Notes under the pieces: generated by a model
The model's database searches: none
The model's input: the letters and a program-made list of their open reading frames with translations, nothing else
What the model was told of the DNA's origin: nothing
Source of the DNA: Octopus bimaculoides
Taxonomy: Eukaryota
NCBI RefSeq assembly: GCF_001194135.2
Contig: NC_068989.1
Location: 62,230,948 to 62,284,619 of the forward strand
DNA length: 53,672 nucleotides
Reading direction: 5' to 3'
Position numbers and translations under genes: made by a program
In this document: positions 14,342 to 25,742 of the stretch, one piece after another
How the letters are laid out: each line of letters opens with the position of its first letter
Position numbering within the stretch: the stretch's first letter is position 1

Positions 14342-14606
14342 TTAATACTGTATCGTACCACATATAAACACAAGAACATGATATACATAGGAGAGTCATC
14401 TAGGAGCATTCCGGAAAGACTAAATGAATCTTTGAGGGAATATGTCGACAAAGAAATATTCTTCCATACTCTATCAACATAGAGGCAACCTAGGTTAACT
14501 CGACATCCGCATTTTATCCAAACACCGAAAGACCAAACACAGAAAAATTCAAGAGTACGTCCCAATAAATGAATCATCCCAGGTACTAAATAGAAAATAT
14601 ACGTAG
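14342..14606 (+). mobile_element. Penelope-like element GIY-YIG endonuclease remnant
   Basis: Translation LILYRTTYKHKNMIYIGESSRSIPERLNESLREY has the [V/L]YxIxCxxCxxxYIGETxR..RxxEH pattern with the Cys/His residues mutated. After a frameshift it reads ILSKHRKTKHRKIQEYVPINESSQVLNRKYT* (RKIxEAxxI....LN). Confidence 0.8.
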
Positions 14607-15074
14607 TAGGTAATCATACCTCCTACCCACAGTTTACATATATAGAGAGAGGTAGAATAGTTAGTGGACTGTTATGTAGATGTATGTATGTATGTGTGGG
14701 GGTGTGCGTGTATACGTATTTGCATACGCATATGTATGTAGGTAAATGGATATAAGTGTAAACAGATAGACATACATTCGGATAAGTACATAGGTAATAT
14801 GAACATATAAGCTCACATACACACGTACACAAACGAAAACTGGAAACTCGTGACCATTTACAAACACACTTCACGTCACAGAAGGATACACATGGAGGAA
14901 CACACATCCATACATATATATATATATATACGTACACACACATATACATGGAAACGCACACTTGCATGAATGCATATATACATGCATGTATGCGCGCACG
15001 CACGCTGAACCAGGCACATGTGAACAAACAAACAAAAAGAACGCACCTCGGATAACGGACGGTGACAACAACAA

Positions 15075-15108
15075 CTGAAAATGTTGCAAGACGCAGCGAA
15101 AATTTTAG
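15075..15108 (+). ncRNA. Degenerate hammerhead-ribozyme-like motif (probably inactive)
   Basis: CUGAAAA-U-GUUGC-AAGAC-GCAGC-GAAA. Stem II pairs (4 WC + 1 GU), G8 is replaced by A, and stems I and III are not formed. It lies ~470 bp downstream of the GIY-YIG remnant. Confidence 0.4.
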
Positions 15109-15195
15109 AAAAAATAAATTATTAAATAAGTGGAAACTTCACCGGTGAGTGTGTGAAATACTAACATACTAAATAGAATGACTCTCCCCAGACAA

Positions 15196-15252
<57 letters not shown>

Positions 15253-15831
15253 CATACACATATATATACATGTATATACATCTGAAAATCTAATAGAGTA
15301 GATGCAAGCGCTAATATGTGACTTATGAAAACATGTTACATTAATAAAAATCTGTAAATGTTCAACCATCCAGATCTTTGAGTACCTTATAATTTTTTTT
15401 CTAATGCACATGTATATATATATATATCTGTGTATATGAATAAATATATGCATATGTATTTATGTATATATGTATATGTATGTATATTTATGTATACATG
15501 TATATGCATATACGTGTGTACTTGTGTGTCGGTGATGTTAAATGGGCAATGCGTTCACACGATTGACAAGCAGCGACAACGGCATAAAATCTCTGTCGTC
15601 CTTGCGAGTCGCTCCAGTGACGTTAAGTGATAAGCTCCGATATGTTTTGTGTTTTTACCACAAGTCTTTGAAACGAACTTATCTCAGAAAAGTCTACCCC
15701 TTCTTACGTTCTAACACTAACAGTCTGTAATCCCTTAGTGCCATACACAGAGAGATTGTTATATGTATAACATATACATAACTATGTATACAGATTCACA
15801 TATACAGATACATTCATATATACATATATAT

Positions 15832-15925
<94 letters not shown>

Positions 15926-15945
15926 CATTACATGTAGATACATAA

Positions 15946-15995
<50 letters not shown>

Positions 15996-16476
15996 GCATT
16001 TGTTTTTATGTATGTAATATATAATACTTACAGAATCTAATCATGTTACTTTCATAATCATGTTGCTCTGCTAGTAATGGGATACGTATATGCATTGAGA
16101 CATTTATCATTTTGTCATTAGTGTTGGCATCGAGGTAATTTTTATGATTTATATCTCAGTGGGACATAAATACATCGGACGAAATATGTGTATATATTAC
16201 AAGTAAAATGTGTGGGTGTGCTTGCCTGTTTCCGTGCGCGTGTTTCTATTTGTGTGTGAGTCATATGTACAGATATGTTTATGTATAGATGTGTGTATCT
16301 TCCTATTTAACAATATATATCTGTTTCTATTTATCTATCTATCTATATGTCTGCCTGTCTGTCTGCCTGTCTGTTTGTCTGTCTGTCTGCCTTTCCTTTT
16401 TATATATGTACAGATATTTAAATTTACACAGACGCACACACACACACGCACACACACACACACGCACACACACACG

Positions 16477-16520
<44 letters not shown>

Positions 16521-17278
16521 GCATGTGTGTAAATTATTAAAATATATGTGCGTGTTCACTGTATATATAGATACACGCATATATATATATATATATAGAT
16601 ATATATNNNNNNNNNNNNNNNNNNNNNNNNNNNNNNNNNNNNNNNNNNNNNNNNNNNNNNNNNNNNNNNNNNNNNNNNNNNNNNNNNNNNNNNNNNNNNN
16701 NNNNNNNNNNNNNNNNNNNNNNNNNNNNNNNNNNNNNNNNNNNNNNNNNNNNNNNNNNNNNNNNNNNNNNNNNNNNNNNNNNNNNNNNNNNNNNNNTATA
16801 TATAATATATATATAATGTGTATGTATGCATGTATTTATGTATGTATGTATGTATAATGAGTCAAATTGGAAATTCTGAGAAACTACACGAAGACAGTGA
16901 AAAATATATTAGTATAACAATATAAAATGCCCAAAATTTGAGAGATATATCGCAAGAATTTTTTTGTCTCTGGTTTTAATTAAATTTGCAGTTGTAATGA
17001 TAACTAATACTAAAAGTAAAACACACACGCACGCAGCCACACACACACACACCCACCCACACACACACGCATACGCACACACACACACATATATACTGGG
17101 CGATTGGAAAATAACCCTCTTGAAAATTAATGATGTCCCACCAATCTGAACCAATTCCTGACCGTCAGATGACTATATATTACATTTCTAGTTTTACACT
17201 TATTTTTTACATAAGAGAATTCCCGTTCAGAACAATTACAACAATTTCAAAGATATATATATATATGTGTGTGTGTGG

Positions 17279-17309
<31 letters not shown>

Positions 17310-18005
17310 TGTGTGTATGCGTGTGTGTGTGTGTGTGATGCTTGTCTGTCAGTATATATGTGTGTGTATGCATATGCGTATGTGTTCGTAGTTGTATACA
17401 TATATACATCATCGTGCACTTAGCTATATATGTGCGAGTTTGTGTACTTGCGTGTGTGTGCTTGCGTGTGTGTATGCTTGCGTGTGTGTGTGCTTGCGTG
17501 TGTGTGTGTGTGTGTGTGTGTAAGGTGCATAAGCATATGGATGAGAATGTGCTTATAATAGATAACGTATACTTCATGCTTTTTGTGGGGGCGTTACTAT
17601 CATACCTCATTACAAATCGCATTATTTTTTATCGACGCCCTTTCAGTTTTTCTTTTCTATCTTTTGTCCCAATGTATACAATGTCATTTGTCTGAAACAG
17701 AATTATTCAATTGATCAGTTACTTAATTAATATGATCGTTGGTTTGAATATCATTACTGATGTTTATTGATTAAATATGTTAATGTAATTAACTATTTCT
17801 AACAAAGCAAGATGTTGTGACTCGTGACCTTTTTTGAAATCCATATTGTTCACCTTGATCTAATTAGCTCAGACAAGTCAATAATACCATAAAATGAATA
17901 ATAATCACGTTTAAATGTGTTCTTTATGTTGTTAGTTATTCATTGTATCGTCCGAATGCTACGATGGGAGTGGTTAGTCTGCAAATTTCATAGAAAGCCT
18001 ATAAC

Positions 18006-18036
<31 letters not shown>

Positions 18037-18195
18037 AACACTCACACACGCACACACACACACGCACACGCACGCACACAGACACACCCACACACAAACA
18101 CACACACACACACATATATATATATATGTATATACATACATATATATATATTTATATATATATTTATATACATTTTTTTGTAAATTCCAACTATA

Positions 18196-18600
18196 TATTT
18201 CACGCTCACTATGTCGCACCAGTTTCCTCCTGTCTCTACCTCATACACTTCGAACTTCTTCCTGGATGTTCTACACTTACACTCCGGTCTCCTATACTTG
18301 AGACTTCTACCTGCTTTTCAGGCACCTCTCCTGCATACACATGGATTACACTGGACTCTTCCGTTGATGAGAATTCGCTCTAATACACCACGACGTTTGA
18401 ACCTTTTGAACTTTTCTGAACTTTTTGTACTTTCTGCTTTTTTCCCATTGTTGTTCCTTCTTCTGCTTATTTCTGTGTTCCTTTCTGTTGAAGGGCTTAA
18501 GCTCGAAAAGTAAAAGACTTTCTCACTTCTCGAGCGTTTACCTAATACATCTGTTTGTTGTTTACATACCCGACTTTGTCTTTTGTTTGTCTGTTTTGGG
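18196..18600 (+). mobile_element. Non-coding interspersed repeat, probably a Penelope-like pseudo-LTR carrying a hammerhead-like motif
   Basis: Distinct pyrimidine-rich, non-microsatellite block between two (TA)/(TG) tracts. It contains the hammerhead-like fold at 18481-18516 and resembles a repeat I recall as abundant in octopus DNA (unverified). Confidence 0.55.
18481..18516 (+). ncRNA. Minimal type I hammerhead-ribozyme-like motif with variant core
   Basis: CUUU(stem I)-CUGUUGA-A-GGGC-UUAA-GCUC(stem II)-GAAA-A-GUA-AAAG(stem I'). The topology matches minimal PLE hammerheads. A6 is U, and the C expected in GAAAC-GUH is A. Confidence 0.55.
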
Positions 18601-18658
18601 GAAAATTCAAAACTATATGTATACATATGTATATACATATATATATGTATAATTAAGG

Positions 18659-18721
<63 letters not shown>

Positions 18722-19029
18722 GCGTATTATGATGTATGTATTAACGATATAGATAAATTACAAATTTAGTTTCCTCGGTTCACATGTCTTTTGCAAAAGT
18801 ATACGCCACCTAGAACAGCGGGAAACAATCCCTCTAAGTAACTAGCTTTGAACTTTAGAAGTCAGAGCAGAAACATAAAATGTCTCAGTGACACTTTCTA
18901 CCCACCAAAAATAAACAAAAGTTCTATAACTAACAAGAAATCCTTCTCATGTGATCCTACCTAAATGATTTGGTGTTTGTAAGAACTCCAGAGATAAGAT
19001 GAAGAGAGCAAATTTCCACTGAAGAATTA

Positions 19030-19700
19030 TAAGTATTTTTCCACGTACAAAGAATAGGAAACAGATCTAACTTCTATAACCGAAATATAGATGAGTTTCT
19101 GACTAGTCTCCCGAAGACATTTGAAGAAAGCTCTGATATATTGAAGCAGCAATATGATTTCTCACTATCAGGAAATGGCACATGAATTTTATGTTAGTTC
19201 ATCAAGACCATCGACGAAGAGAATCGAGCAGAAAAATTAGAGATGTGAGATTATTTCACGCAGACACGTACGTAATAAATGTTTCGTTGAAATAAATGGA
19301 TTTATGATGAAACTTGAACTTGGTGTCAGACGTGGCGGAATACTCAAAGATGTTTAATTCGGGTTAACAAAAACTTTTGTAGAAATGATGCACTTGTATT
19401 GCCAGCCAACATCAAAAGCCATTATGGTCTCGTGTCACATTATGGTTACTTAAATACAATTTATGTGGTTGGTTTGTTGGGCAGGCGATGAAAATGATCT
19501 TCTCATTCAAAGCAGGAGAAAGAATATGAAGGGTAATACTAAGAAACTTGCCCTCAATTTCCTGTAACACTGCCGCATCAATTTGGATGATGGCGATGAA
19601 ATGTTGTCTTCATAAAGCTGAGAAGCTGCCATGGTGTACCAAGGAAACAAAAAATAGACGCACTAAAAATAAATGTAACGTAGCCACAAATTGTGAGAAA
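19030..19700 (+). mobile_element. Highly decayed CR1/L2-like LINE RT fragment
   Basis: Fragments in the expected order: FLTSLPKTFEE (LLSxxSKxFE), QQYDF (QFGF), LGVRRGGIL (GVPQGSIL/GVRQGGIL) and AGDENDLLI (ADDxxLL). Many stops. Confidence 0.45.
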
Positions 19701-20293
19701 CGTAGGAGAAAATCCTCACGATCACTAAAATATGGCCCCTTTACCTGATCAGAAATTCTAACCACTATCTTCTCGAAATTTCGCAGAAGATAACGAATTA
19801 GCTATTACGTTCATGAAGTTGGAAATAGGGCACGAACATCAATACTGTGCGGGGCTCTTTTTGTTGTATTTGTTGCTGGTGCTGGTGCTGTAGTTTTTCT
19901 TGCGAGTGTTTTTGTTGTAGATATTTCAGTGTGTAAAACGATGTCGATCAAGCTCTTGTTCAGGAAAAGATTAGATTCCATTGGAATGAAAATAACTTAA
20001 ACGTTTCTTGCATAGAACCATTAACGATATGCTGTTATTTGACACGATTTCAGCTGTCTGAAATACATTCAATATGACTCTTATCTGATGATGAAGCGTG
20101 TATAGAAGAAAGCTGAACGTTTTTGAAGTGTGCTTTCAGACTTATAAATGCAAAACTCTGTGTAGAGACAGGACCATCTGTATAATTGATTTCAATTTAC
20201 TCCCTATAAATATAGGAGCCATAGATTTGACTAGTGTGTTTCTCTCACGCACGATGTCGCTTTATTTCAGTTTTGTTGTTTATTTGATTATTA

Positions 20294-20515
20294 AAGGTAT
20301 CGCGGTGACATAAGCGTTACGACTCCGGACAAAATGATGAGCGGCATTTCTTCTGTATGTACGTTGTAAGTTCAGATTCTGCGGAAGTAAAGTTTTCTTT
20401 CATCCTGTCGGGGGCCAATAAAATTAGTACGAGTCGAGCACTGGAGTCGATACAATAGAGTAGCCTCCTCCCACTAAAAATTTCAAGCCCTGTGCCTATA
20501 TTGGAAAGGATTGTC
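20294..20515 (+). mobile_element. SINE copy (family A)
   Basis: Colinear with 6697-6880. Its 3' end 'agccctgtgcctatattggaaa' matches the isolated fragment 'gaccttgtgcctagagtagaaa' at 40688-40709. Confidence 0.8.
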
Positions 20516-21353
20516 TCTTTTATCGTTGAGCTTACGATGTATATATGTATCATTTTGTGAACTCTTTTATCTTGGCTTACAGAAAAAAAAGAAAAAGAAA
20601 TCTGGTTTCATATGAGGGTGAACGTAACTACTCATATAATTACCAGACGGCGAGTGATATACTCAAACGAAAAAAACAAAAACATTTAGCAGAAATAGCA
20701 TTATAAAAGTGTCAGAAAATATTACTGTAGATTTCTACATCGCGAGAATTTGAATGCAATGTCGTTTTACACTCAATCTTATATTAAAAGTGCCGTGAGA
20801 AAGTAATAAGAAATTTAAAAATTGCACCATACGTGTGATTTGCGTTAGTTAGTCAGCGTATATCAGTGTTCATGTCTTTTTAAACTCTTCTTATACTTTC
20901 GCAATTGAAACGCCTGATGTACAGTCTCAACTGATGTTCGCCAGTGTGCATAGGAATAAAGTAGTTGATGACTTTATTGCTCTTAAAATAAGGAATCATT
21001 AGTAAGCATATTTTGTGCAGTAGCATCATGGAGAATTATGTGTTTTCAAGGTTATCGGTGGACGAGGGTGATGTAGAGGGAATCGTGAGAGTAAGTGGGG
21101 GTAAGGGTGATTCGTATCGATAACGTAATGAAGAATACAATAAAGAAAGCCCACGTGAGATGATGCGCGAAACGTGTTTGTAAATGTCGGAGAAAGCAAC
21201 GCAACTTGATGCTTGTTTGCTGATGCGGAATGGAGCTGTACAGCGATCTATATATATACATATCAGTCACATATTAAGGTGTCGCATTAAGTTTCCGTCA
21301 TCTGAGCACGTTTATTTCCTTTTAATCCCAGTTTGTTTTTTATTGCTTATTTT

Positions 21354-21990
21354 TATAGAGCACCGTGATTATATTGCCGTCGAAATTACGCAAAAATGAA
21401 AATAATACTGACATCTCATTTTAACAGATATATTTACGAAAATGCCATACGAATATCTTGAAATACGAAAGAGTAAATTTATTGAATAAAATCGCCATTG
21501 GCTTTAACCACGGACTCCAGGCCACTTCAGAATCCCCTGCTAGTCTTCTGGATGGTCTAAGTTGGTGAATGCTGCCATAATCCTTGTCTTCACCTCATCT
21601 TTAGTGTGACAAAGAGTTTAGTTAGTCTCTCACTCAACTGCGCCCAGCTCAAATTTTCAAGGGGTTTGCAGTCTGGAAAGTTAGGTTGCAGAATTTGTCT
21701 CATAGCCATAGCTGGGTTCTCCTTCTTGTGTTGCATGATTTAAGAATCCTGTTGCCAGACATAAGTTCTTCCAGCAGCCACCCTCTTGATCCAGGGCAGC
21801 ACTACCTTCTCCAGGCACTTGATATAAGCATCCGAGTAGAGTCTGAGGTTATGTGGAAAGATGAAGGGAGGCATATCGTCAACATAACTGGTGATCACTC
21901 CAAACACCATGATCTTGACTCGATGTTTGATTTATATTACTCTCGGTACATGTTTTGGGGACACCATATACATGTTTGTGTTCACCATAT
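21354..21990 (-). mobile_element. Tc1/mariner-superfamily (maT-like) transposon remnant: 3' half of transposase and right end
   Basis: Minus-strand translation KHRVKIMVFGVITSYVDDMPPFIFPHNLRLYSDAYIKCLEKVVLPWIKRVAAGRTYVWQQDS*, then PNFPDCKPLE, and a C-terminus ESVVKANGDFIQ* (stop at 21479-21481). These match VMVW/FG....QQDxAPxH...WPPxSPDxNPLD...AVVxAxGxxIE. The candidate terminus begins at TA 21354-21355. Confidence 0.9.
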
Positions 21991-24396
21991 ATTCGTACTG
22001 AAGCTTCCGTCGTGAATGCCAGTAGTACGACATGTCGTTTCCAAATGACTGACAGAATGAATTGCGTTATGATACTGTTTTCTTACAGATGTTACCCAAC
22101 TGATCCTACTATACTGTGTAGTCGACAAAATTAGAAAAGAAAAAAAAGATCAATGGGCATGTACGAAATTAAAAGTTTTAAATGGCAACAATTTACCCAT
22201 TGCATGCTGTATATAAGTATTTGAATTATGAAGACGAATATCTGTATAAAATTTTGATGAGCTTCATTTCCTTCGCGCAGAATTAAAGCTGGCGAAGTAT
22301 AACGCAAGTCATAATGTAACGAGTTAATATCAAATAAACACCTTCTTTCTCTTTGATGAAAAAAATAGCTGCAACATGGTGCGGAAAGTGTATTTAAATG
22401 TAGTCTCAATACGGTTTTTTGTGTCATTGTTCATGGTTATCTCTTTTACAGTTGTGATCGTACATTGAAACTTCGATTTAATTTCAATTGAACTGCATTT
22501 GTATGTATAAATTGTAATAGAAGTCAAGAAAGGGCTAACAAATGGAGACGTTCAGGTATTTTAAAAGCATTTAGGATTAAATTATTCAATGGGTCATTAA
22601 TGGATTACGGAGTTATATTCTGATCCAAAGTCGATCTGGTTGCGGCTTTTATTACGTTGAATGACTGCACATAACGACAACTGTGCTGAATGCAAACTAA
22701 AGGGGAGCAAGGTGTATGAATATGTGTGTAGTGAGGTTTCTGCACAGGCTTTGGGGATGGGATGTCTCCTTTCTGTTTGTGCGTGGGTGGTTAGGAGGGA
22801 CGAACAGTATTTTATTTCATATGCTGTAGTTATTCACTTTATTTGTCAGACCATCTCAGTTTTCAGTGCTATTTGTTTGAGTGGAAATTGTTTATTCTAC
22901 ATTGAGAAATATGATTTCTTGTATTAAACGTATATTTATACCAATAATGCTTCACCACTGATTAACTCCGATTTAACACAATTTCGCCGTATATGACGCA
23001 CCTTATTAGCTATCAGTTATTTGATTTTAGGGAAAGGCTAATTACTTTATTTCCACTCCTTAAGATTTCATCATTCACTATAGATAAGATAAGAAGTTTT
23101 CCGTCTCAAAAAATGAAATTCTGAAAAGATTCTGAATGAAGAAAATATTTTTGTTTCATACGCTTCTGCATATTCATTTTCACCTATCCCAATACTGTAC
23201 AAAAATTCTCTAAATAAAATAATAAAAGGAAATTTTGATAAAACAGAAATGTTACATTATTTTCTTTCCTAATAATTATTAAAAAACTTGAATATATATC
23301 TAGAATGGTCTCTCCAGGGTTCGCAATTTGTTTTGCAGAAATCTTTTGATCTGCGACCTTTAAATATATTCATATGGGTGCAGTAGAGTTTTGCGTTTCT
23401 TTCATCATTCAACCTTCACAAACTCGATTTCAGCTATAGTTGTCGCTTAGTTGGTATTTTCATCTGATTGGTAATATTTCCAAGTCGAAAAAGAATAGGA
23501 AAATGAATGATAGAGAGAAACAATTTTTTTCAAAGTAACGAGAGAAGGAAAGCAAAAAAAGTAGCAGCGAGAAAGAAATGTTAACCTGAGAGAAAAGTAG
23601 GTCATTTGTGAATGTGTGTGTGTGTTTGTATGTGTGTTTGGGCGCGTGCATGTGTGTGCGTGTTTGCGCGCGTGCATGTGTGTATGCATAAATGCTGAGA
23701 GAGTAAGAGAGTGAGAGAGAGAAAGAAAGAGGAAGAGGTAAGGAAGAAGAGAGAGAGAATGAAATCGCTGTCAGAATTTTTCTGGTGTGTTAACAGTGTT
23801 GTGTCTCTTTAAACAACACAATTCATCTTCATGTCTTTGAAGTTATTTCAACGAATAATAAGCAGATGACACGAGCACGAACATTACATCTCTTCTCTGA
23901 ATATGTCAACAGTCGTATAAATCACAATTACCGTTCAAAATTACATTGTCTATACACCTACTAAGATTAGAGGTTAATGCTAAGTGGACAGAATAGCTTG
24001 CATATTAAAATGTTCGTGGACTCGTAACCATGTATGCTTGAACGCACGCATGTATGGATATTAATGCAAGCAATAACCATGCATGAGCGTTCTTCTACGA
24101 ATCTACATGCTTATAATTCTACGGACGTCATATCAACCGTCTTCTTACATAAACGAGCAAAAATAATCATATTAGTGTTTGTTCTGCCATATTCAACCTT
24201 TCCTTCTTTTCCTGTCTCTTCCCTTTGTTTTTTTTTTTCACAGTGATAAAGCTCCTTGATTCAGATCGGTCTAATCAGACTTTCCTCCGTGTGGGACAAA
24301 GTCTTAGAGATAAACACTTAACGTCCTGACACGAATATATGCATACCATACACACCCATATGCTTATATATATATATATATATGTGTATGTGTATT

Positions 24397-24428
<32 letters not shown>

Positions 24429-24551
24429 TATATATATATAAATATATAAATAAGTATATATATATGTATATGTATACGGATATAGTAAAATTAAATAAAA
24501 TATTTTTTTAACTATTTCCATATTTTTGAAATACAAGGGACATTTTCCGTT

Positions 24552-24587
<36 letters not shown>

Positions 24588-24701
24588 TCTCCCTCTCTCT
24601 TACTCCTGTAAACGCTTGGTGGCAGGTAGTAGCAGTCCTAAAAGGATATTTGATATAGGGGATGCAAGTTCTTGGTTTTGATTGTTTAAGCAGCAGTAAT
24701 T

Positions 24702-24770
24702 GAGGAAGGAGAAGGAGGAGAAGAAGAAGAAGAAGAAGAAGAAGAAGAAGAAGAAGAAGAAGAAGAAGAA
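24702..24770. repeat. (GAG/GAA)n purine microsatellite; nearby (CT)n at 24557-24600
   Basis: Read directly. Confidence 0.97.
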
Positions 24771-25083
24771 TATATATTGGACTAGCATACGTTGATAAAC
24801 AAGAATAATACACTATGCTTACTTCTGAGTATATTCATATAAATCTTCTCAAAAAGTGAAAGTCGTATGTAAACACGGCACCACACTACAAACAGCATCG
24901 TGAACATATCATTAACTATCTTCTACTTTGCAAACTCTTCAACATTTTACACGCCGTAATAAAATTAATACAAATACGTGAATACCACTATATAGTTCGA
25001 CTAACATCCATAGAACTTTGAATGGGAGTACAATAAAATCATTTAAATAATGCATTAGGCTTAACTTTACACTGCCCTTGCAG

Positions 25084-25257
25084 ATATTTTATCAGATTGT
25101 ATATTATAATACAGGTGCATCAGATCCTAACTATGGAGAGAGTTCTAATGTAAATTGTCAATGGATATTCTACAGCCAACAACCTTATGAAATCCTTTAC
25201 ACACGTCTAAGAACTGAGATTAGTAAAAAAAATACCTATTATAAACTGACAAGAGAG
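25084..25257 (+). CDS. Candidate internal exon, CUB-domain-like peptide (unconfirmed)
   Basis: Acceptor ccttgcag and donor GAG|gtatca bound 174 nt of open frame: IFYQIVYYNTGASDPNYGESSNVNCQWIFYSQQPYEILYTRLRTEISKKNTYYKLTRE. The segment PNY..SNVNCQWIF recalls CUB SPNYP.Y.NN.xCxW.I, but the other CUB motifs are absent. Confidence 0.3.
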
Positions 25258-25502
25258 GTATCATAAGTTTTTCAGTAAATATCAGACACATCGTTATTTT
25301 CTGGGTTGTACTTTTTCGCAGATATATGCCTAATACCGTTTCACGTCAATTATTCTCCTCCATAATGTATTGCAATTAGATGTTGATTGGACCAAAGATC
25401 GAGGTTAGTGAGTTAAGATATTTCATGTGCACATGAAGATCGAGCTGCATATATAATGTATATGTATTTAGTGTGTGTTTTGTGTATAAGCTTATATGGA
25501 TA

Positions 25503-25742
25503 GGTACATACATACATACATACAAAATACAAAAATACATACATACATGTACGCATACATACATGCATGCATACATACATGTATGCATACATACATGTAT
25601 GCATACATACATGTATGCATACATACATGTATGCATACATACATACATACATACATACAAAATACAAAAATACATACATACATGCATACATACATGTATG
25701 CATACATACATACATACATACATGCATACATACGTAAATATA
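25503..25742. repeat. (CATA)n-derived higher-order minisatellite
   Basis: The 16-mer GCATACATACATGTAT occurs 4 times (25569-25632). The marker CAAAATACAAAAATA occurs twice, at 25523 and 25658 (135-nt period). Confidence 0.9.
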
